Assembly: GCA_038496445.1 (NCBI GenBank) | Contig: JALMLS010000103.1 | Coordinates: forward strand, 1-64,000 | Source: Trichosphaerium sp. ATCC 40318 | Taxonomy: Eukaryota; Protista; Tubulinea | Length of the DNA: 64,000 nucleotides | Direction of reading: 5' to 3' | Shown: positions 1 to 10,724 of the stretch, piece by piece | Layout of the letters: every line of letters begins with the position of its first letter | Numbering within the stretch: the first letter of the stretch is position 1 | Notes under the pieces: model-generated | What the model saw: only the letters and a program-made list of their open reading frames with translations | What the model was told of the DNA's origin: nothing | Database searches by the model: none | Made by a program: the position numbers and the translations under genes

Positions 1-110
1 ATAGTAGAAATGGCAATATTGATAGAAATGATACATCAAAAGTACACAAAACACTTTTCAGACCAAAAAAATATTACTCACATTAACTTTTAAATAACTA
101 TTACAGTGTA

Positions 111-863
111 AAATTGGAGTTAGCATTTGAAAACAAATGTTTACTAAATGTTTGTTTAAATGTCTGTTTTTAAGGCCTGGTAAATGCCAAAAACAGGTAT
201 TTTTTTTATCAAATGCTTGCTAGATGCTTGAATCCAATACACAACTATTACAAACATAAACAAAGCATTTACCCTTCAAATGTTGAACATAAATCAAGCA
301 TAATTCAGATATAATGCAGGCATAAAATAGGCATTTATAAGACATCAAACTTGTATTTATTTGTGTTACAACATGTACAAGTACAAAAAAAAGTTCCAAA
401 GTATTGTTATAATTTCAATGACCTGTGTATTACATGTAATTCACTTTCGCCATGTTTTTAGGTGTATTTGAGTGCTGCAATTCGAATGAGCTAGGTTTCG
501 TTTGAATTAATGAAATACTAAAAGCGCTACATGCCGTTTAATATAGGACCACCATTTTCATTCATTGGTTTTTTTTTCTGTCTGTTGTTGTATTGAGATT
601 GTACTTTTTCTATATACCTACCTTAAAAGTATACAAACATGAACATTCCTTCATTAAACTAAAAGGGTTTTGGCATTGCCTACATATGCATGGTTAATGC
701 CAAAGGTGGCATGTTTTGAAATGCTTGATTTATGCCATGCCAAAAAAATGCAGGCATTTCAAAAACAATTGTTACTTGTGCTCCAAGAAATGCCTACTTA
801 ATGCTTCATAATGCTTGATTTCAACCAAATGCCAGCATTTGATTGGTAATGCCAACTTCAGTT
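111..863. mobile_element. Degenerate MITE-like non-autonomous DNA element A
   Basis: Imperfect terminal inverted repeat aattggagttagcatt (111-126) vs reverse complement of 848-863 (13/16). Interior is packed with short aatgc/gcatt repeats and shares a 50-bp core (472-521) with element C. Confidence 0.45.
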
Positions 864-1830
864 TTAACTTTGTACTTTATATTTACATACATGTATATAA
901 ACAGACATTTACTACTTAAAATTTGTATACAACAAAATAAATTACAATGTCTTATGAAAATAACCTTTTTTTTTTATTTACAATATACAAACAATTAAAT
1001 ACAGCACATTATTGATGTCAACAAAAACCAGAATTTTGTGCACTATTTTTTTTGCAAAGATGTGGCCAATTAAAAAATATGTTGTGGGTAGTGTTTCCAC
1101 AAACAATCAATACAAATTACTTTAAACAAACAAGACAAACAATGGAAGCTAAAAAAAAATAGTTTATGAAAAGCTTTGTTGGATAAATGCCATTTTTAAA
1201 ATTTCTGATACCAAAATTTGTGTGTCAATCTCCAAATGCATTATATCAAATGAGTTATTAATGGCTTGGCCTGAAGCCAAAGATGCCATCAACAAATACA
1301 AGATGGCTGGCATCAATTTTCAACATCAAACTGGCTTTAATATTAAATGCATTCTGCTAAAAGCAACAAAAACCTTAGTCAAATGTCTTTTAACAAATGT
1401 TTTTGATGATACACACCTTTTTGGTTTTTTTTCAACATAGAATAACATCTTGCTAGTTGATAATGGGCTTGGTTGTGTGGAGCTCACTAAGGAAAAATAT
1501 TACACTATAATCAAAGATTGCTCTTATTTAATGTTCAATTGTGAGTGCATTTTCATAATGCACATCATGCTTTGAGTTTATGATGGAATCTTTGTATTTG
1601 ATGACAAAAAGATTTTAGGTGAATTTATCTGCTGGAATATATGCTTTTTATCCTTTTAGTGTAATGTAAACTTATCACACCTGTGTCACAATGATAGGTG
1701 TATAAACTCACATCAGTTGGTTTTTGAACCTCACATTAAAAATATGAATCGTATGTGGTACGTTTTACCTTCGAAATAATTGTACTGAGATCAAAGCTTG
1801 GCATGTTTACTCCTTTTTTTATGTTTTATA

Positions 1831-2839
1831 CAGTGGTAAAATGAAAACGGGATTTTGGATATAAATCCCACTAAATTCCTTTGTTTTAGGGATTTTTAAG
1901 GTAATTTGTGAAGAATTCTTATTTTTATTTTTTTTTATGGCAGGATTTTTGATAGAATTACCATAATATTCCCTTAAATACGGAATTTTCAGAATTATTG
2001 TACAAAATCCACCAAATAATGTACTAATTTAGTTAGGGTTAGGGTTAGGGCTAGGGTTGAGGTTTATGAAAGTACAAATTAAGTTAGGGTTAGGGTTAGT
2101 TTTATATTTGCAAAAAACCATCAACACCTTAGGTACATAGGTTTTCTAGCGATTATTAAAGGTGAAAAAACCAATGGTACAGGTTAAAGTGTGTTAATCC
2201 AAAAAGTAATGGAGAACGCGTTTTAGGTGGTTTGGAAAATCACTTAAACATAAATATCTCTTACTTATCTGTTTTAGGATGATTAAAGCATTGCAACAGC
2301 CTTATTACACCATTAAAGAATGTATTTAAAGCATTAACTCCAAGTATGTTGTTTTTAAAGCTTATTTCCACTTAATTTATCAAAAAACCCTACGTGTTCT
2401 TAATTTAGCATTTACAAATGCATTAATTATTGTTCAAGCTCTCAAAACCAAATGCGATCAAATTACTTCTTTCGTTTATGAAGACACGGTGTATTTAACT
2501 TGTATGTGTTATTTAGGATGTTTGTATTTGTAATGATCAATAAATAAAATGACTTTGTGTTAAATCTGAACAAAGTATTGAATAATATTTTGTGTAATTT
2601 ATAAAGTATTTTTATTGAAATCTACAAAAATACATTAAGAAATGCTATAAAGAATACATAGAGAATTCTATATAAAATACATACACAATTCCAAAAGTAA
2701 TACTCTAAGAATTCTATGGGTAATACTTATGGAATTTCATATAAATTCAATGGGAATGAAGGAAGAGTTTTTCTGTTTACTTTTCCCATAGAAAAACAGG
2801 GTGGATTACTTAAAAATTCCCATTTTTATTTTACTACTG
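1831..2839. mobile_element. MITE-like non-autonomous DNA element B (CAGT termini) with internal telomeric repeats
   Basis: TIR cagtggtaaaatgaaaacgggatttt (1831-1856) vs reverse complement of 2814-2839 (22/26). No coding capacity and no clear TSD. Confidence 0.65.
2021..2099 (+). repeat. Interstitial telomere-like TTAGGG repeats in a duplicated 28-bp unit
   Basis: (TTAGGG)3-CTAGGG at 2033-2056 and (TTAGGG)2 at 2084-2095, each preceded by gtac(t/a)aatt(t/a)ag. Confidence 0.9.
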
Positions 2840-3179
2840 ATTGTGTTTTTACCATGACTTTGTTTTTTTTTCACCCAATTTTACTTGTTGCATGCAAAGT
2901 AACCGTGATACCAATTACACCATGTGCTTCATCTATAGTTGTTTTAGTTACAATTTAGATATGCCATTTTCAACACTTTTTCAAAAAATGCCAAATGCAA
3001 TTGCACATTTCAATGATGTCTTCCAACATGCAAGAATGCATAATGAGAAACTTATGGTTTTTTCTAAAATACAATTAATCATTTTAAATAACTAATAGTT
3101 ATCTAGTACTTCATATAAAACAGTCATTTACTGCTTTATATTTGTATAAAACAAAATACATAACATTGTTTTATGGCAT

Positions 3180-4108
3180 CAGGGCTGAAACTAAATAAGG
3201 CTTTTTTTACAAAAGCCATTTTTTTGCCACCAAATACAGCCTTATTTTTCATCAAATTGCCTTGTTTTTGCCAAAAAAAATGAGCAAATATGAGGCATTG
3301 CCTTGTAATGTTGGGCTTTGAAGCCTTATATTTGGGCCAAATAGCAAGCAACTGGTTCACTAATTAGCCTTAAAATAGCCTGCATTGTTGGTCCAATAAT
3401 GCCTCATTTTTAGTGCAACAATAAGGCATTTTTGCCCTCAATTTTTGGGCATAACCCAGGCACCATATACTCATAAAACAAGGCTTTATATAAGCATACA
3501 ATAGTGATTCATTTATTAAAGTACAGTACACAAAACACAAAAAACTTCAATGTCCTCCATGTGAAAAAAAACCTTTAGTTAAAAAAAAAAATTAACAAAT
3601 TATTGGTATAATTTTCGCGGACTGGAAAAATGGTTTAAAGTACCTATAATCCTGTTGTAGCTGGATTTGGGTGCTGCGGTTCGAATGGCGGTGGTTTCGT
3701 TAGAATCCATAAAATACTAAGCGTGTGATAATACTGTCTATATAAAACGTCAGTAGTAAATGAAAAAAAATGTTTAGAAAGTGTTGGTGTAGTGGAGACT
3801 TACCTTAAACCAATGTATCCTTAATGTACAATGTGTACACAACCAATGCCTAATTGGTGCCTGTAAATTTAAGGCTGGCAATGCATAAAAAAACTAGGGC
3901 AGGCATTGCCTAAAAAAAACAAGGCATTGCAACAATTAAGGCATTGCCCAACAAAGCCTTATTTCAATGCCTGATTTTTGCCTTTATTGCCATTGCCTTT
4001 GCAAAATCAGACATTGCCATTTTTGAATGCCTGATTTTTGCCATCAATGCTTGATTTTACAAAAATGCCTTTGTATTTAAGGCAAAGCCTTGTTTAGTTT
4101 CAGCCCTG
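3180..4108. mobile_element. MITE-like non-autonomous DNA element C (CAGGG...CCCTG termini)
   Basis: TIR cagggctgaaactaaa(t/c)aaggcttt matches 24/25 at both ends. Many aaggc/gcctt subterminal repeats. Possible degenerate 3-bp TSD (atc/gtc) if the termini are AGGG...CCCT. Confidence 0.8.
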
Positions 4109-4519
4109 TCTATGATCGTTCAACAAGAAAACCCATTACCAAAAAGCTCCTTAATGACCTTCTTGAAGCATACCATAAAAGTGGTATATCTCTGTCGACT
4201 GAATAGACTGTGATCTACTAATAAACTCTTTAATGCTTTAATAAATACTGCGAGAGTATGTTAAACAACATGTTGGAGTTAGAGCTTGTAACAAGCTGAT
4301 TTTGTGTCTTTTTATTTTCTGTAATTGTATTTAGAAAACTCACATTTTTTCACTCATCAACTTCCTCGAACTGCTTCATAGTCACACTATCCATATTTTA
4401 TGACTGCTGAATATACACAAGGGCAGCTGATAGGTATGTACAAGTCATTAGGTTACTTAGAATCAAAAGTGTTGAAAAATACCGTGTAATACACATTCTT
4501 TGCATCTCATAGTGTTTGA

Positions 4520-4682
4520 GAGTAGTTTTGAAACACGTGATACATTTTGTAGAGTTTACACTTCAAATCAAGTAAAAGTAGTCACAAACCGTGTTATACG
4601 CACGTTTATTGCAGTTTGTGGTCACTTTGGCTGATAACAAAATCGTTTATCCTTTTTAGTATCACATGTATCAAAACTACTC
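4520..4682. repeat. 24-bp inverted repeat upstream of the protease-like exons
   Basis: gagtagttttgaaacacgtgatac (4520-4543) vs gtatcacatgtatcaaaactactc (4659-4682), 22/24. Confidence 0.8.
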
Positions 4683-4769
4683 GGAACTGTGTTGAACACG
4701 TGTTTATTAAACGTTGTGGCCATTTTTAGCCAATTTTAAACTGCTTGTACTGTACTTACTGTTACTTAG

Positions 4770-5825
4770 CTAATTTACCCAAGTGGGATGCTCATAGTTG
4801 TCCGTGGGATGCTGTTTACATTGCACTGTGCTCAGTTAATGAAGTTTGTGTATGTAAACATCAAATTATGTGCATTTGTTTTGCTTAGCACAAAGTTAGG
4901 TATTTCCACAACACCCAACTTTGTTAACGGACAACAATACTTCACAAAGTCGAAACAAACTCATAGCTCTCTTTGAAGAACACTGCTACTACACTAATCC
5001 AAAACAGCAGACATATCTAGCAAAGCAGTTTAGTAAGCAGCGTAATGGGCAGTATGCTTTTGAATGCAGTGTAACAGAAGTACACAGATACGCTAGAAAA
5101 ATGTGTACAGCATTTCATTTTATTGAGTGTTATGAAAATAAATGCTCATGTCAAGGTACAACACAATTACTTTTATGGTATTCACACATTTAAAGACAGT
5201 TTCAAATCTCTGGAAAGGCTGTTCATTGATTATGGAGATTTAGAAGAGCGAATATCTACTTGGTTGAATCAAAGATTACAGTCAAACCATTGTACAGAAT
5301 GTACTTCTGGTGGAATAAAAACTGCTATGGTAATTCTATGTCATTATCTACAACTTATCATTGATAGAGCATCACAATACCAGCGCTGATAACAGTGTGT
5401 CCTTCACCTACAGTGGTATCCAACTTTTTTGGGTTGCCTCAACAATTAATTCTACACGGAAGGTACATACAAACACAAGGCTGTGTGTTAATGAAATTAG
5501 AGTGTGGAAAGTAACGTATTTATTAATGTGGCAAAAGAACCCAAAGCACTACACTACATATGTGAATGTAAATGGTATTTGGTGGTTCATTGACTGTTAC
5601 CAACCAGAAAAATCTTGTCGCTCCAATCCTTGTAAGCCATTTTTCTACTACCTATGATTAACGCTTGAAAGGGGATAGCTCTGCATCACATGGCACCAAC
5701 CCTGATTTTTGGCGTGTTTGTGAGGTTGTTTATAAAGGAGAACCACATCAAGTATTTAACACAAAGCCTTACAAACCACCAACTCCGCCCTCCATCTATG
5801 AAAACTACAGCTCAAACAGTGCCAG
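4770..5825 (+). pseudogene. Spliced USP-fold (papain-like) cysteine-protease-like domain, probably degenerate
   Basis: Manual splicing gives a Cys box LPKWDAHSCPWDAVYIAL (Cys 4799-4801), CxC/CxxC pairs, a His box WKVTYLLMWQKNPKHYTTYVNVNGIWWFID (His 5547, Asp 5592) and a terminal strand WRVCEVVYK. Confidence 0.55.
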
Positions 5826-5865
5826 GTATTGTGAATTACATTTTGTGGCAAATAGTTAACCTAAG

Positions 5866-6223
5866 TAGTGACGTTGTGTGTATTGAAGATAGTAGTGATG
5901 AATTTAGCCCATATGATGTACATCCAATTGATTCGAATGAATTCAGTGACGAAGATTCATGTAACATTTTAATGGTATCTAATTGTAAGCTACCTTCCGA
6001 TAGAATATTGGCAAAGGATGACATTTTGGGTAAAATGGTAACAATACTTAAAGTAACAGACAAACGAACTATCACCAAGAAAGAAAAGAAAGTAGGACAG
6101 CGAAAGTGGGTTGTAGAAGTAGAAATTAGTGTTGATGGTGAAAACAAACATTGTAGGCTATGGGACTGTGATGCAAAAACATTACAAGGATACAAGACAG
6201 CAATTGCACTGAAAAACACAAAA
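5866..6223 (+). CDS. Exon with SIM-like motif, acidic linker and RPA/SSB-like OB fold
   Basis: VVCIEDSSDE followed by VTILKVTDKRTITKK...VVEVEISVDGENKHCRLWD...IALKNTK, which resembles the ssDNA-binding OB-fold pattern. Flanked by frame-preserving GT-AG introns (5826-5865, 6224-6279). Confidence 0.45.
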
Positions 6224-6279
6224 GTACATTACTGACGGGGTACTTTTCTACCAGTTAATGAAGGCACTAACTTGTTTAG

Positions 6280-8671
6280 AACTGGGAGCCTGGTATAAAT
6301 GCACCACATTTAAAGCATACATCTGCAGATAATGTGCTTGGTATTGATGAAGGAAAACAGTTTGCAATATGGAACCACAAAAAACCACCAACAGTTCAAG
6401 ATGCAATAACAACATGGCTTTCACCTTTGTTTAACATGGTATTAGCGGACTCATCAATAGGTTTGACAGTTTGACAGCTTATGTAGTTTATTGCAATCAA
6501 CTCACTCTTTTGTAGGGTTTAAAACGTTGGGTGCTGATTCCAAAAACATCTACAACAAGCTGAAAAACAAGATATTTTGAAGCACAATTACAAAAAGCAA
6601 CTTGAAGCGTTGAAACTGTATCCAGGTAAAGCCAATACCCTGTATTACATTAAATGGTTTATAGATATTAAAAACACATCTTGGTATCAAAATACAGTAC
6701 CCAAGACAAAACAGCGGCTTGATAAAATAACCCAAAGCTGTGCTTTTGTTTCATATTCTACCTTGCTTTCTAAAATTGATATTCCGGGATACATCAAAGC
6801 CAAAAAACAAAAAAATCACCATAAATGGACATGTGCCGGTAGTTGGTCAATAGATCTAGTTAGGTACTATTTTGGAGCGCTATTAGGAATGAAACTAGCG
6901 CCACACCATAAGCTACCAAATTATTGGAAAAAGTTCTCATTATATGGAAATGAAGGTACAAATGAGTTCATTTTGTACATTATTTAGTTTGGTAGCCATT
7001 AAAAATAGTTGTACATTGGAGCAATGGGAAGAAATCACCTCTCAGATAGATTACCATCCCTTAAAAGTTCAACGGTATTGTAATTTGGTTTGATATCTTC
7101 TGTGTATTTACAAAAATATTACAGGTTGCTGAATAGTGTTATACAACAGTCGTTTTTACCTGGAAGTATTGGTTGCCTAGATGAATCAGTACTACCAGGA
7201 GCAAGTATGTCAACACTATCAAGGCATTGTTTAAATGGCCATAGAGGTGTGGTTTAGATGTTATTGTTCACGCAAACCTGTAAAGGAAGGATTTTGGGTT
7301 TTTGAATTCTGTTTTAAAGTATGTTACCTCATAAAGCCTTTTTTAATGATTTAAAAAGAATGGTAAAGATGTTTGGCCATGGATGCTTGAAGTACGATTT
7401 GGAGGAAGCACTTTGCCTCCGTCACACATGGCTCACTTTATTGCTACTACTATATTGAAGAAGTATCCCAACAATAAAATTACCATAGCAACTGATTCAT
7501 ACTACACTACACCAGCTATGGCAAAGCAAGCATCTAACAACTTTAAATTTGTTGGAGTTATGAATTCGACTAAAGCAGCGGACATGATTTCTCATCTGAA
7601 AAAAGTACAAAAATTTCATGTCCACATCTAATTGATTGCTAGTTGCTACCCAACAAAAAGGTTGGAACACATGTGTGGGTATATGACGCCAACACATTGG
7701 AACAAGATTCTCCAGTCTGTGCTGGTATATTTAAAGATGTTAAATCTCACGTCTCTTATCTATCAAACATTGGAGATCCTACTAAATCTGTTTCTGTGAC
7801 AGAAACTATCAAGTCAAAACAACAGGTGATACATAAGCCTGAACCTGTGAAGCTGTATTCAGAATTGAAAAATGCTTGTGATGTATTTAATAGATTGTAC
7901 GCATAAGTTGTAGTTATTAATACTGATTTTATACACAGTGTATTGAAGTACAGATGGATTCATAATACCAAAAACACTCGGTGGACCACAGCATTGTTGA
8001 CAGCCTACTTGTAACATATTTTGTTAACACCACAGTTAATGTTGTTTAGTGATTTGTTTATGGCATCCTCTTTTTGTTGGTACACAATGCTCAACAAACA
8101 TAGCACAATAACATATGCAAAGTACATGGAAATGGTCGCAACTTCTTTAGTGGAATCAAACCACAAACCCATATGTATTCGGCTGAGAAAACCCACAACT
8201 GCAAAAACTCCTAAACCTCAAGCTTACAATGATAGATGTTTACATACTCGGTCTAAAATGAAACCAATTTCAGACATCCAAAGCAATCAAATGAAATCAC
8301 ACACAAGTGATCACATTCATCAAGCCAAACAATCAAACAAAAGAAAATTAGAAAAACAAAGTGGACGGGCAAAAAAACGTCAGCGAGTAGCAAAGACTCA
8401 TAGTTTGCACTCAATTACAAAGTCTTGCTTTTCTGACAAGCTATTAAACTCACAAGTTGCCAAATGCAAGGTTTGCAATCAACGAAAAATAAGAAGGTAC
8501 TATGCCGGCTATTTATTAACAGTATTCACCAAGATTAGGTATTGCAAAGGATGTATGATACAGCGTAAACTTGTTTGTGTGAAAAAAACTGTCTATTCTT
8601 TAAGAGTTCCAACGTTTTACTGTGTTGATTGCTTTCTAAACTACCACATGAACACTTCTTTCAACTACTGA
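6280..8671 (+). pseudogene. Intron-containing piggyBac-like transposase (DDE_Tnp_1_7 type) with C-terminal Cys-rich domain, degenerate
   Basis: Motifs YFGALLGM, YW, CLDES (D 7180), KPVKEGF, ATDSYYT (D 7494), KPEPVKLYSELKNACDVFN (D 7880), RW and C-terminal CKVC...CKGC...CVDCFLNYH. Some junctions contain stops or frameshifts. Confidence 0.85.
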
Positions 8672-10174
8672 ATGGTACCTCTCTCTTTGGTCATTTGGGA
8701 TTGACATGGAATATCATACCTATTGATGCACTTATTAAAGATCAACTCATTCATGCAGTTAAAATCAAGTATCTTTTGGCTCTCGCTGGGCTAGCTCCAG
8801 GCAGTGACCCAGATTATGGAGAAGACGACTCAGTATCAGGTAAGAAAAAGAGATTTAAAGAGAAAGCTAACAAGGCGTTTAAGGTTGACATTGATACCAT
8901 ATTGGCAATGAAATAGCATTCTGCCTTGTAGTATCTCTTAGAACATGCAGTGGATATTGCCTCCTACCAATGCAACAGTGGCACTGACACTGAATGCCAT
9001 AACTGGTACAAGATGCTTTTACACCACACTCTATGATATCTATCTAATGGTTGTCTTTTGCAATGCGAAATAATTGGTATTTTTAGGTAATTAACTAACA
9101 AAGACGGACTGAAAATGATGGCATTTTTTATTTTTTGTTTGTTTTACAAGATATTGATACCCTTTGTACATGGGTAACAATTTTGGAAAGTGTTTGGACA
9201 CAGCAGCAATGTCCGAAAATAAACTTCCTCTTTCTGTGAACACAAAAAAAGGCTGCGGATGCTGCTCAAATTTGGGCAAAAAATTGTCCAAAATTCCGCC
9301 CGCTTGTACTCCTTGTGTGTAGTCGCTTGTGTGGGGGTAGTGGGTATATGTAAGAAATAACCAGCTACCTATTTGTGTTGTTATTCAGTCGATAGAGATA
9401 TACCACTTCCATATACCTCTTTTTTATTCACTTAATTTCTAAAAAAAGTGGTATTTCAAAATGGTATATACCAGTCCATATACCATTTTGTTGAAAAAAG
9501 TGGTATATACCATAAAAAAACTGGTATATCACTTTAATTTTTAGACCTGATTTGTAGTATCTGTTGCAAGCACAGTTCACCTTATATAAGTACAAAGAAT
9601 ATGCTGTTGATACCAAGTTTGCTGGTTGAAAACCATGGCTATGTTGGCAAATAAAGTCTCCAACAGTATTAGCAACAATATCAAGTTGGTTGTATAGTCA
9701 GCTTGTCCATTTGGAGATGTGATGTCAACACGTGTTGAAGCACACTGCACCATCAACAAGTGTAGGTACAGCCATTTAGTAGAATAGCATCCATCTTACC
9801 ACAATATTAATAGAGAACAACTTAGTATTTATCTTGTCTTAGAAACTCACCCAGAACAGCAGTACATTTGGAGCACGTGTTATATGCACTCATCTCGATA
9901 ATCAAGTTTGCAAGTGATGAGTAAAACTTACAAAGTATTGACCAACAAATAGGTGAATGCGTAGTACTGATTTATGCTCCACTTACATTGTGTAAACACG
10001 ATATCAGTTTTAAGACTGCAGCGAAACGTTCAGAACCGATTGAAATTTTTGTGACAGAATCGCCTTTACTAGTGAGGAACTCTGCTCTTTGTGTTTTCAA
10101 TAGAGCATGTCGGGTCTTAAGAAGCACCAAATAGAGTTTGTAGAATGATGTGTTTCTGACGGAATCGGGATCTC

Positions 10175-10273
10175 CCGGCCTTGAATCCCGGTACCTGGCG
10201 CATGCAAATCGTTGCCGACTAGGGGCGCATTTCCGTCGCTTTGCATGCGCCAGGTACCGGGATCCAAGGCCGG
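10175..10273. repeat. GC-rich long hairpin (34-bp arms, 31-nt loop)
   Basis: ccggccttgaatcccggtacctggcgcatgcaaa (10175-10208) pairs with 10240-10273 with one mismatch. Confidence 0.95.
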
Positions 10274-10724
10274 AGGGCCAAATTGCGAAAGTTGCCGGCA
10301 ACCAGTTTTAGAATCTCGTTGGTACTGAAACAACGAACTGTTGTGACTAAAATAGTCGAACATCGATAATAAAAAAAGACTTTTGTTTTAATATTTTTTT
10401 TATTCTTCATAGCCCTCAAAATATATTTTGGGTTATGTGCAGCAACAAAAGGGTTTGATGTGCACCGACTATATTACAGTATATTTTTTTTTCCTTCTCT
10501 TTAAGACACAAAGATGAGATTTTGGTTTTTTTTATGGATTTTTTGTGGATTTTTTTTTGGGTTATTTTTTTGAGGCTGGTAGCTTGCCCACGTGTTCTTA
10601 AATTCCAGAAAAAAAGAAAGATACGTAAAGGAGGTGTTACAACCAAAATAAAAATAAAATCATCATTCATAATGTCGTCAAAAAGAAGGATATTGGAGAA
10701 AGGGAACTTGTCAGGTTTTTTTGT

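Larger units (their letters stand above)
4179..9408 (+). mobile_element. Putative large piggyBac-related element bracketed by 27-bp inverted repeats
   Basis: aagtggtatatctct(g/a)tcgactgaata at 4179-4205 and inverted at 9382-9408 (26/27) flank a protease-like, OB-fold and transposase coding region. No TTAA/CCC termini seen. Confidence 0.55.

Noticed and set aside
2033-2099. True chromosome end
   Set aside because: Only 5-6 units, internal to a TIR element, with ordinary sequence on both sides.
9972-10419. Overlapping minus-strand ORFs (109, 88 and 66 aa)
   Set aside because: They arise from the stop-poor GC-rich hairpin and show no protein motifs.
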